Source of the DNA: Azolla caroliniana
Lineage: Eukaryota; Plantae; Polypodiophyta
DNA length: 64,000 nt
Direction of reading: 5' to 3'
NCBI GenBank assembly: GCA_043228905.1
Contig: JBHGNT010000015.1
Span: 19,158,001-19,222,000, forward strand
A program made the translations under genes and the position numbers. Position 1 is the stretch's first letter; every line of letters begins with the position of its first letter. Shown here one piece after another: positions 36,344 to 48,960 of the stretch. The notes beneath the pieces were generated by a model. It worked only from the letters and a program-made list of their open reading frames with translations, searched no databases and had not been told where the DNA came from.

Positions 36344-38112
36344 AAAAGAAATAAGGTACAAAATAGGCCCGCTTAGTTTGTTATTCGAAACATTAACCAA
36401 CACAATGTATTCGAAATATATAAGTTTCCTAATTGCACATCCCTCCATGATGATAAGAAGTTTATTTCTTAAATGTTACATATGGTTTTGGTATTTGTTA
36501 ATTTGGGTAAACTTTTGAAATATTTAAATTGCTCGAGAGTTTTTTTGTTATTTCTCCATAATGCCCCTAGTGACTTTATATTTTGGATAGAGAAACATAC
36601 GAAGGACTGAATGTTTTTGGCGAATCAATTGTTGTTAAGAAACAAACATTCAAGCGCATGATGTAAAGAATATACAACATAATTGGAAAGAAACCAAAGT
36701 TAGATGTAAAATCATGAAATATAAGAAGTGTTCTATCAAATGTAGAAGAGCTTTTGATTCATGAAAGAAAAATATTTGAGAGTTGAACATATGTTCTTGG
36801 GATAGTGACAAAAGGCAACGAAACCTTTCTTGTGGAGGAGTTCCACTAAAGTAAACCATTGCAAGCTTTTCTTAAGTTAATAAATATTTATTAGGCAATG
36901 AAATCGCCAATGTGAAATCCTCACATTGGACTCGAGACTACAATGAGTAGAATTACGTAACATGTGTATCCCAACATGTGACATGTTTCAAGTGAACTTT
37001 ATGGTATTATATCTCAAGTATGGAGAGGGGTAAACAAATTAATCCAAATACCTCAAGTTGATCTTAAATTAAATAAGAGTACACAAATGGACTTCCACAA
37101 AAATCCACTTTCATGTTTCAATACTGAAGAAAGTGCAAAGAGATGTCGATCAACATTCAAATGTTGTGAATCAAAGCCAATTACCCAAATTGTTATGACA
37201 AAACTAATTCATCGGTTTGCAAGTGCAAAAGTTGATGAAATGAAAAAACTAATATCACGAATAAGGCATTGTTTAATGACGACTAACGATGGTTAAAATT
37301 TTGTACAAAACAATTGAGTAGAGAGATACATACATATTATCTACATTTGTTTGTGGGTGAATTTACCCATGCTTGAAGTGAGCTAGCGTGGAAGGGTTAA
37401 GACAATGGGTACAAAACATATTGCCATATTATGATATAGACTCTAATAAAATAGTGCATTATGATATAGACTCTGAATCAAATAGTGCATGATATAGGAA
37501 TTCAACAAGAGTTCTTATGGTTTTTGTTGGGTAGTTCTAAGGGAGGTCTATATGATGTACATAAAGACAATCTTCATGCATCGCGCTTTAGTTCATAAAC
37601 TCTCAAATTTATCAATAACCTTCTATGTTAAGCTCTTTTTTTTGTATATTTAGGTTTCCATGTGAAAGAGAAGACACCTTTGTCAATTGTGACCACCCGT
37701 CATTTGTTTTGCTCTCTGTTGGCATTTCTATGCCTTTCCTTGGATTCCTTCACAGGAACCCCCACGGGCTAGGCATGATTGTGACAGAAACTTCTTCGAG
37801 TTAGGGGCGAATTAATGCAACAACAAAAGAAGAAAGAAGAAAGAAGAAAGAAGTCCAAAAGAATGCATTACATGGGCAAACCAAACGAAGCCTCAAAACC
37901 TTGTTCATATTGGGACCTCCCAAGGTCTAGAAGGGAACAAGGCGAAGCCCAAACAAACTTCACTTGCCCCCACCGTCCTATGTCCCAGTAGAATAACATT
38001 AGGCTTCTGATACATGGGTCAAGAGATGAGACAGGGTACTCGTTCAATTTGAACCAATTTGGACACCCCCCCCCCCCCCGCCCCACTAGGATGCTCAAAT
38101 CTCATATCAAGC

Positions 38113-38356
38113 CAAAATTTGGGCTTCGATCCGATCCTCTTAGGGTATATAACTCGGCCCGATGATCCGAGTATGTATCCGCATTGAACATAAATGAATA
38201 TAAACCCTAAACCCTAAACCCTAAACCAAACCATGATCTCTGCCTCCACAAATTTTGGGCTTCTCTCTGATTCTCTTCGGGTATATATGTGGGCCGAGGA
38301 TCGGGAATCCGCATTGAACATAAATGAATATAAACCCTAAACCCTAAACCCTAAAA
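38113..38356. repeat. Duplicated ~130 bp unit carrying interstitial plant telomere repeats (AAACCCT)3 and GGCCC/TGGGCY motifs
   Basis: TCCGCATTGAACATAAATGAATATAAACCCTAAACCCTAAACCCTAAA occurs twice (~38178-38225 and ~38308-38355). Confidence 0.8.
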
Positions 38357-40150
38357 ACACACCCTGAAACTCCCTAGTGCATATACCTCTCATAGAAACG
38401 TAAAGAAACAGAGGATGACTGCAAGCTCCACAAATGGGGATCTCTGCCTCCTCAGATCACTTCCTCCACCACCTGGAAAAAGAAAACACCAATCCAATCA
38501 TCACTCTATCAGAAAGGTAAATCAATTAGTGAACAAACTCTGTTTTTTTCAACAAGTTGTGTTTGCATATACATGTATGTGATATATTGTGTACGTAAAA
38601 TGCGGGATAAAACATGCCATTGACGATGTGTTCTGCGGATAAAACATGGGATTGATAATGATTTCCATATTTTACATCTAAGGGGTTTTTATGGTACTTG
38701 CAAGTGGTTATGATCTGACGGTTAACAGATTTACATCCATGTAGAATGTGTGATGTATTGGTTGCCACATTGCCTGTAATTTTTTTATATCATGCTGTGT
38801 ATACATATTTACATGTAATATATGATGTAATGGCTACCGTATGTACACTTGGTATACAGTATATACACCGCCCTAAATTTGATGTTATGCTACCATATAT
38901 CTACATCAATTAGATCAATGTTTCTTCCCATTATTTCTGTGTACTCTACTGTACATTCATAGAGTATACATTATGATATACACACTCAGTTATCATGTGA
39001 ATATTATTACCCTATTCACATCCTAGATCAAGGTTTCTGATCATGAATCCTGTTGTACATTGAAATACTCTGTTTTTCCGCAGTTCGATGCCTTCATTTC
39101 TCAAATCAATCAGTCTGTGACGCAATAAGAATCATTGTCATCATCATCCATGCTCACTAACGCTGGCAGTTGTGTCACATGAACCGATTCTTATTGTCTT
39201 GAGAGACTTTCTTTTTAACCCATCAAAACAATTCAAGCTAAAGAAGATCCTTGAGATTTCTTTTTTAATATGGCCCCTGTTTCTATGCATACAAAATGCA
39301 CTTACATCTAGTTTAATGCAGCATGTCATCGTGAGCAATATGTATGCATTCCATAATCATATATATCAGCATTCCCCGCTATGTATTGTACCACATGTGT
39401 TTGCATTTTGACATCAGATGCCAGTATTCTGCATAGCATACTATATAAACATTGTCTGCTTCACACATCCAGCAACACATCAGTTGCTTGCCATACATCT
39501 TCGCATATTTCTCTCCACAATATATTCTTAACATTGCATAAAACATAACCAGCTGCCATGCAGATCACACATTCCATGTCATTTCAGTGTCTAAATCCAC
39601 AACTGGTTGTCTGATTTTGAAAGATGAGGTAGGTAATAGAAACTCATTAGTAACAGATAGATTACTAAACCTGCAACACTCTCTCTCTCTGAGTTCACAT
39701 TCTTATTCTCTTCTGAAAAGCATACCAAAGACTATGGTGAGCCCACATCAAATGGCCCCCCACTATGGTATTTGAACTTTATTTAAAAAGTCATGTAAGT
39801 ATGATTCATTGCAAAACATCATTACATTACCATGGATATGCTTCAAGTATTGTCATCAGTGTTTGAACATTGTCGCATTCTATGGGAAATTTCATTCTCC
39901 TATTCATGTTACAGAAAGAATAGGTGCATTTTCAAGACTACAAAACTCGTCATCCATTACAAACAGGTTCACATTCACCCCAAAACTGGGAACTATATTA
40001 AATACTAATGCTGGGATTCCAATGAATTGATCATGGTACAATCGATGGAGCAAGATACGGAGGAAAACAGAAAAAACAAAAAAAAACATCCTTGATGTGA
40101 TACATCCTTGATGGTGGTTGGAATAGTTATAGTAGCGTTTAAGAACATTT

Positions 40151-43100
40151 TCACCTACCAACTACAGGTTGTTTATTGGTATTGGTGGTCAGTCCAAAAC
40201 CGTATGGGAAAAGAGGATCATAATGCCGGTCATTGACATTCATGGGTAACTGATCAGCTCTCTTAAACCATGTCCGCGACGATTTTCCTTGAAATGGATA
40301 ATCTCCAAATAGAACATCGGTGACACCTTTCCCTTCTGTCCCCGGAAGCCATGCAGCTACAAATGCATCAACCAGTGGCAAGTATGGTTCAATCACAAGA
40401 GGCCTTCCTGATATAAGTACCACCACACACTTTAAAGAGGTGCAAACATTCTTTATAGTCTGTATGCCTTCATCTGGAATTGTCAATGTTGAACTGTCAC
40501 CTAAGAACTCTGCATATGGTTCCTCTCCCACCACAACTATAGCAAATGAGTATCCCTTGTTTTCCACAAAGTTCGTGTCTGGTGATTGTTTATAGACAAC
40601 TTGGGTAGATTTATCAACAATGCTGTTAACAGCATCAAGGATAGTCGTGCCTGTAGTGGGGAAACCTTTAGTCAACATGGGCATAAAAAAGAACAATCCT
40701 TTGAAACATGTACATTAGATTCATTTATTAGAGCTTGGGTAGATTTATCAACAATGCTGTTAACAGCATCAAGGATAGTCGTGCCTGTAGTGGGGAAACC
40801 TTTAGTCACATGGGCATAAAAAAGACCCCATGAATTACATTTAGCGATATTGATAAAATGTGAGCTATTTGTGGCTGTGTATCAGATGTGAGCTACTTGT
40901 AGCCATATTCATCAAAGGTGTGCTGTGCTCTATGTATCAAATGTGAGTGAGCTACATGATCAATCTAGAAACAATGTGTACACACTATACTAGAGACATT
41001 ATAAATTTATTATATGTATATATATCTAGAAACCTTGAAAGGACCTAACATGTACCAACCCACCTATAGTTGTATTGCCGCTTGAACCTTGCCAAGTGCT
41101 TGTCCATCCTCCACATTGGTATCCAATGTCATTCGCATGACTACCAGCTACAAGGATCTTTGATGCCTTTTTCCTCAAAGGAAGGAATGGTGCATCTTCT
41201 GATTTCCCATTCTTCAATAGAACAAGAGACTTTCTCACAGCTTCTCTAGCCAGATCCCTATGTTTCTAGATTATAAACACATCACAAATGTTCAGAGAAA
41301 TCAATAGTGAAAAGCAAATATATGTATAAATGTATCAATAATAGCTTACCTGTGCACCAACCACACTGGTAAGACTTCGATCACCAAGTGGATTTTCAAA
41401 TAAACCCATTGTGAACTTTACTCTGAGGATTCTACTTACTGCATCATTTATCCTCTTCATCGGAATGTAACCAGACTTAACCAATTGATGCATGTCATTG
41501 GCGAAAGATGTATAGTCAAACGGTACCATAATCTGTATAAGACCATCTCACAAACATTATGCCGTATACAACCACTTCACATATAGTGTGTTACTGTGAA
41601 GTATAGATAATGACAATTTATGAATGGTGGATCTATTTTACCATATCTAGCCCAGCATTAATACCCTTTTCAACTGAGAATGTATAATTGATTCCTGCAG
41701 GATCAGTGACTCTGTCAATCCCTTGCCAATCAGAGATCACAAAGCCCTGCATATCACAAATCTGATCAGATAAAAATGAAGTCTATTCAAAAAGTATAGC
41801 AAACGAGTAATGTAGGTAAGGAATCAACCAACCAGGAGCCACACAAGTGCATCTCTCCTATTAACTTAGAGGATACTTTACTAGATTAACCAACCACAAA
41901 AGTATGCAGCAAATGTTAGAATTGTTACCATGTATGCAGCATATGATCCAAATGTTTAGTACACAGCAAAGGGGAGAGTACGACAATTACCATGAATATA
42001 ACAATGTATGAATTCAATGTGAATATATATTGCAAAGGAGTATTAACGATCATGTATATGTATGGCAGTTTCCATCTATGCAGCATGTGAACTCAATGTT
42101 GAGTACAAATAGCATTAGGGAATATATGATCGTAAACGTGTTCTCATAAGTCTTTTTGTATACAGCATATCAATTCCAGGTAAAGAATGATTCTGTACCT
42201 TGAATCCAAGCTGTTTCTTAAGCACATGTGAAATAAGGAATCTGTTGTCGTGCATCTTTTGCCCATTCCAGCTACTGTAAGATGTCATTATGGTAGATAC
42301 ACCCTTTGAAATGGCATCAAAATAGGACACCATATGTATATTAACCAAACTCTTGAAACTAGTCACGGTGTTGTTCTCATCAATGCCATTCACAGTGCCG
42401 CCATCACCAACAAAATGTTTGGCTGTAGCTGCCACATTATGCCTGAGAACAATAACTCCACCAAATCAAGGTTAGCGTGTATAAATGACACCATATCAAG
42501 GATTGCCTACAGACATGATTCCAAATCATGGGCTGTCATCATACTGACATTGTATCAAGGATTGTTTAAGGGGAAAAAACTAACGGATTGTTACAGTAAT
42601 GACATTATGATTTTCTTATGATGGACGATGGTGGTGTTGTGTATCTTTGACCATCTTTGAGCTAGCTAAAGAGATGATATAATAAACAGGACCATGAGAT
42701 GATAGAAACTTACTGTCCGGCAACATAAGGAACACCTGGTTTTGGAGGAGCTCCTTGCAAACCCACTATGATTTCAGTCATATTTTGAACAATTTGAGGA
42801 TCCTCGCTGTAACTTTCATAACAGCGTCCCCACCTAGGATTCCTACAAACCTGCGAAAAAGGTTCTGCTTATTACATGGTCTTATCACAAAGATATCTCC
42901 AAAGCATTCAGGTCTTAGTGTTTAGGGTGTAGCACAAATGCAACACTTGTTATATTTGATAAAGCTATAAGTTATAGGCATAACCCAAAATTCACACAAA
43001 CAAAATCTATTTGGGTGCTTACGGCGATACAAGGTGCAAATACATATTGGATGCCAGTGCCTCGAACCTCAAGGGCTGTGGATTCTCCGATCCTTCTAAC

Positions 43101-45308
43101 CAAATCTGGGTCCCTGCACAGAGATGAAATGTGTGCATAAGATTGTGATGACATAGTCAATAGGGAAGGACTCATGCACATGCAGTCTGAAACACATACA
43201 AACATCAAACCAAGTGACCATGCACATACGTTACAAAACACATTCCCATGCACATACACATATACAGTCTCAAACACATATATATGTATGTATGTATGTA
43301 TGTATGTGCATTTCTATGTGTTTGAGACTGTATATGTGTATGTGCATGGGAATGTGTTTTGTAACGTACACATTCCCATGCACATACACATACACAGTCT
43401 CAAACACATAGAAATGCACATACATACATACATACATACATATACATATATATATATATATGCATACAAATACAATGCAATTGTAGTTGAGATAATCTCT
43501 CACTCGCCTGGTAGAGCCCAAACCCACATTGTGGGGGAAGATGGTTGCTCCATAGACATTGTTATGGCCATGCACAGCATCTATTCCATACATAAGAGGG
43601 ATCCCCAGCCTTGTACTTAATGCCGCCTTCTGGAATCCATCCACCATATCCATCCAAACTGTTGGGGATGCTTGAGGGCTTGGAACACTCCCTCCCCCAC
43701 TAAGGATACTTCCTATTAAATGTTGCAAGCACAAAACACAATTCAACATTAACCCATCTCAGATAGGGCATCACTTACGGAATCATCAACCCATTAAGCT
43801 CTTTAGTAACTTATGGATGTCAATTTCGCTTTGTGGGGAGGGGTAGAGACAGTGGATAATCTCATTGAAAGAGAACAATGTGTACTTAGACAAATTTGTG
43901 CACATAAATAGACAAAGAGAGGATGGCATCAAATGATGAAAATCAAAATATTTAAAATACCACAGTACTAGAAAAGTTTGTTAAACTTGACATTGCTAGT
44001 AAAGATCGGTAAAACTCTACATTATTAGAAAAAGCTGGTAAAATTCTGCATTGTTAAAGAAGATGGAGTCAGACTCAGACATTACTATAAAGGATCAGCT
44101 ATATATTCATTAGAAAACGTCAATAAAGCTCAACACTACTAGAAAAGAGCAGTAAGATTATACATTACCTAAAACAAAGCGCTATATAGCTAGATTAGAG
44201 CAGTAACAACCCAATCGGTGGGATAAAAGAAGGGGTGATTAGCAGGTCTCTAACAACCCGCTTGGCAAAACAGAGCTCCCTAATAAGATTTTTTATATCA
44301 TAACAAGAGACAACGACTTCATAAAGGACACGCGTTTATGTTCATTCCTGTTTTACTTTCCTTTTTCTTTGCTTTCATCTCGTTCTCTTGAGTTAATGAA
44401 AGGATATAAATTGCTAAAAGGTAATTAATCCAAGAAAGAATGGATCTGCTACAATGACAACGCAAGAACAGAGAGGTCTTCTTCTCCTTCCTTATTTCTT
44501 CAGTAACAATGAGTGCCTTTTATGAATTAAGCACTTTTAATTTGGATAATTTACTACTGGAATTATGTTTGTCCTCAGCGCAAGGAGAATACAATCACTT
44601 CTTCCTCTTTTCAATTGTTTTTGAAGGAGATGAATGCTGAATGGATGGATGGATCAGCTCAGTGCTGATTTATCTACTTATTTAAGTAACACTGTAATTA
44701 TCTTCTTTAATTCGAGTCTCTTTCTTTAGTTCATTTGGAGGAGTGTAATTGAAACGAAAATTTATTCAAAAATTAGAATATGTCTAATGCAAATGTAATG
44801 TTGGGGTGAGTGAATTTATACGCATTTGTAACTGAATTTCAAAATTAATTGTGTTTGCATTCGCAAATGTAATTGATTCTGTATGTATTCGTAATTGAAT
44901 TTCTAATTTTAATAGTATATGTATGTATAATCGTATACATATATGTATGTGTGTATGTATATGCAGATTATGTACTTGTATTTAGTATACATATTTGTGT
45001 AACACTGTAATGGTATTTGAATTTTTACCCACGAAGAAGGCGGATATGGTGGACGCATTTGCAACAGAGCGCTCGATCTGAGTCATCTGCCCGATCTTCT
45101 CCATGAGCGTCATTCGGCCAAGAAGGTCTTTTACCCTCTCCTCCACGCCTGCAGATGGATCCTTGTACAGGGCCGCCTTCTTGGGAGGAGAAGGAGTGGT
45201 CTTTGCATTACTGGATACAGACAGGTCTGAGAAAAGACATGGTAGAAGAAGAAGAAGGAAGAAGAAGAGGAGGGAAGAGGAAGAGGGCGATGGTGAGAGA
45301 GGAGCCAT
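40151..45308 (-). CDS. Glycoside hydrolase family 3 beta-glucosidase / beta-D-glucan exohydrolase, secreted (~648 aa)
   Basis: Exons 45029-45308, 43508-43712, 43023-43113, 42714-42850, 42199-42442, 41642-41746, 41350-41532, 41064-41265 and 40151-40650 give an open frame if intron 2 is GC-AG. Hydrophobic signal peptide. Motifs: [59 protein letters not shown] (nucleophile Asp), [30 protein letters not shown]. Confidence 0.95.
40601..40824. repeat. Tandem duplication of the last GH3 3' splice site plus the first 50 nt of the exon
   Basis: 40601-40692 is almost identical to 40735-40824 (offset 134 nt). Confidence 0.9.
43227..43450. repeat. Triple inverted-repeat structure (A-A'-A) in GH3 intron 2
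   Basis: 43227-43280 is the reverse complement of 43315-43368, and 43368-43450 is a near reverse complement of ~43279-43357. Confidence 0.85.
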
Positions 45309-45444
45309 TTCTCTTCTGTCTGAGCTCAAAAACTAAACTAAACAAAAACAAGAGCAGAGGAGAACAGAACAGAACAGAGGAAGAGGAAGAGGAATGGAAG
45401 AAATGGAAGAGGAAGAGAGGAGAGGAGCTCAGAAGGGTTTTAAA

Positions 45445-45528
45445 AAGGAGAGAGAGAGAGAGAGATTGAGAGAGAGAGAGAGAGTTGTTAGAGAAGAAAC
45501 AATGATGGAAGAAAGAGGTAAGAGGAGG

Positions 45529-45559
<31 letters not shown>

Positions 45560-45622
45560 AGTAGAAGAATAAGAAGGTGATCTTTAACTGTCTCTAAAGA
45601 TAGTGTAGAGAGAGAGAGAGAG

Positions 45623-45662
<40 letters not shown>

Positions 45663-45895
45663 ATAGGAAGAGAGAGAAACAGAGACAGTCACAGAGAGTG
45701 AGAGAGTGACAGTGACAGTGAGAGCGAGTGTGTGTTTGTGTGAGAGAGAGAGAGGGAGAGAGGCAGTGTGAGTTGTAAGTGAGTGAGTGTGTGTGTGTGT
45801 GTGAGACAGAGAGAGAGAATGTAGTGTGTGTGTGAGAGAGAGAGAGAGAATGAAGTGAGTGAGTGTGTGTGTGAGAGAGAGAGAGAATGAAGTGA

Positions 45896-45927
<32 letters not shown>

Positions 45928-46004
45928 ATGTAGTGTGTGTGTGAGAGAGAGAGAGAGAGAGAATGTAGTGTGTGTGTGTGAGAGAGAGAGAGAGAATGAA
46001 GTGA

Positions 46005-46036
<32 letters not shown>

Positions 46037-46044
46037 ATGAAGTA

Positions 46045-46085
<41 letters not shown>

Positions 46086-46094
46086 ATGAAGTAA

Positions 46095-46126
<32 letters not shown>

Positions 46127-46175
46127 ATGTAGTGAGTGAGTGTGTGTGTGTGAGAGAGATGGGGGGGGGGGGGGA
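45445..46175. repeat. Compound (GA)n/(GT)n microsatellite with higher-order units upstream of the GH3 gene
   Basis: The unit GAATG(T/A)AGTG(TG)n(AG)n is repeated about 9 times. Confidence 0.92.
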
Positions 46176-48960
46176 AGAGAGGCTTGTGAAGAAGAAGAAT
46201 TTACATTTTAACGACAAGTAGCGCATGTGTCGGGTCAATTTACCTGCATTTACAAGGATCCGATGATTAATGGTGACTAATTGTGTGGTGAGGGGTTCGA
46301 TCAAGAGAGAGAGACAGAGAGAGAGATCCTGAAAGGAGTCTGATTCGATCGATTTTGCGCTCCCTAAACCCGCTTTTTGTCCCGGGGGGCGGGGGTGCTC
46401 CCAATGTGCTTCTTCTTTTCTGGGGTTTTGGGCTCCTTTACTGGGAGGGTGTTGCTTTCGCCTTGTTACTGTCTTTGTATTTCGACTCGTCCGCAAAATA
46501 GCGGTTGCATATGTGCCCTACATGGTCATTACTTGTGCTTCTCTCTCTCTGGTTTGGGCTCCTTTCTAGGGGTTTCTTTCGCATGTTACTGTCTTTTTGT
46601 TTCGGCTCCTTCATACATAGTGGCCACATCTATGCCCCACACTGGTCATTATGTGTTCAGATTTCAGATTTCATTGCACATACATACAACCGGAGGGGGG
46701 CACTTCTGTTCCAATTCTTTCGTAGACTTGCGAGTTAAAAAAACTTGGAGCTTTTTGTGGTCATGTGAGAAAAAAAAAAAAAAAGTGACCTACTCTTGTG
46801 TATCTGGGGCTCAAACCCCACCAAAAAAAAGAAGAAGATCAAAGACTTCCCCATTTAGTTCGTGGTAGTTTTCTTTTTGTGATGAGTTCCACCCGAGGCA
46901 TCTTTAATAACTAAGTTTAGAACAAGCCTTCATTCGTGCATTGCCACTAATCTAAGAAAGCCGAAAGGGGTCATTATGAGTTATTAGGTGTTTGTTTTTT
47001 GCTTGTTAGCTGCGTACTACTTTTCAGACCTCAATGACACTCATTGAAAGCCAAAAATATCAGCCTAATTGTGTTCAATTCTAATCTAGCATAACGTACA
47101 TTTGTCTTGTCTGTATATGTATATATATGCATATATACACATCAGTCTGTGTCAGGGGGGACGAACAACCCAATTCACATCCAAAAACGTTTTACCCTCT
47201 TTTACTTCATAGTAGATTTGCATTGAAAATATTCGCTCTTTTTTATTGTGAGAAATGTTTCGGCCAACTACTAGAAGAATCCTTACTATTACTCGAAATT
47301 AGAACTAAGACTTGAGTGGAATACAATTCATGTCTTTTGATAGAATGGAGCTTTTGTGAAAATTATTAGCATTACAACATGGAAACACGGATAAGAGAAT
47401 GTCTCGATTGCATTTTAAAAGTTTAAGAATAAAGTTATGGAGATGTTGTGTGACCCCCTTCATTTTTCAAAAGAAAATTTTCATAAATAATCGTATCTTT
47501 GTTCTTCTTTGGGAATTGCGTGAACAAATTTGGGACCTTCATCAACATAATTTTCAGCCGAGAAGACTTTTTGTTCATCATTTATAGGAGTGCGCTCCTT
47601 TCATTTTCACATTTTTAGAGGTGAATGCGCAATCTTATCCCATAGTATATAGTGTCTCGTAATTCAAAGGTATTTGAATGCATGTGTGTTATAATGTAAA
47701 GGTGTCAAGCACATGTGCATGGCAACAATCAATGTGATGAGTTCTATCTATATGTGTGTGAATACATTTGAGTGGATATATCCATTTATCAATGAAACGT
47801 TTGGGAAAGTGGAGAAGAATGATCTTGAGTTGTTGATCTAAAAAGACCATAACGGTAGCATTTTTTTATTTTTTGTCCAAAAAACACTACTTCGCATTAG
47901 TTAGCAAATTCATAATAGTAGCATTTTTACTTTGATCCGAAGAAAAACTTCTTTTGAAAGAGCGGGGCCCGCATTTACATATGTTGCATGCTTTGTTTGA
48001 CGATAATGGTGGCAAACACCATTTTTCTTTTATGTGTCACCCGGACCCATCCATGGTATGTTAAACCAAAATGTAACACAAGGATTCCACAACAATACAT
48101 GTATTGGTTGTAGACTTGTTTGGACGGTGACAACTTTTTTTGCCATAAATGCACGAACCATTTGTGACATATAAATGAAGGACTTTTAGGTCCACGAATC
48201 CATCAAAAGATATATCTTTTTCAAAGTCGGCAAAAATTCAAAGTGGTTCATGAACGATATTAATATATATCTTCTTCAAGTTCTAAAGAAATTCAGATGT
48301 TCAAAGGAAATATCTTGTGTCAATTGTCATCAAATGACGTAGAATCCTAGCGTTGTTAGGTTTTGAAATACTACTCTTAGGTAACGAAGGCAGTAGAAAG
48401 ATTGGCACTTCAATTAAACCTTGTTTTTACAAAAATTTCTCCAACCTTGGATGTTTGCACAAGAATCTATATGCGCTACATATAAATCACTAACACTTCC
48501 CATCATGAACGAATTTGCACATACAAAATAACAAAAAAATACACACGAGAACAAGTTTTCTGTGTTCGGACAAAAATTTGTGTGTTACTTAAATCACCGA
48601 CATATCTAACCAAAAACGAGATCACAAAAACATAATGATCTCTCACAACTTTCTAAATCCAGACATAAAGTAAAAAACAAGAGGTGAGACTATAGAGAGG
48701 AAGACAATATATCGGTCAAAAGAGTGTTGCATTTGTTACAAAAATCAATTGACTCTATCACCATTATATCAAAGCCATGGTGATGCCACTTCATGGTCAA
48801 GTGTTGTCAACAAGCTCATTGGTACTCCATCATCATGGTTGTTTATATGTTGTAGATTCATATGACAAGTACGATATGTAGATAAATTTACATGCTTAGA
48901 AATTCATTACGTGACTATCCTTATGTTTTTCTAATATTATGACTAACACTCAACATTTTC

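Noticed and set aside
38178-38356. Telomerase RNA gene or true telomere
   Set aside because: There are three full repeats in each of two duplicated units rather than a ~1.5-repeat template. No USE element was recognised and the site is interstitial.
45594-46496. 300-aa ORF on the minus strand
   Set aside because: It is a translation of (CT)n/(CA)n microsatellite giving SLSL/HTHT runs, with no protein-like content.
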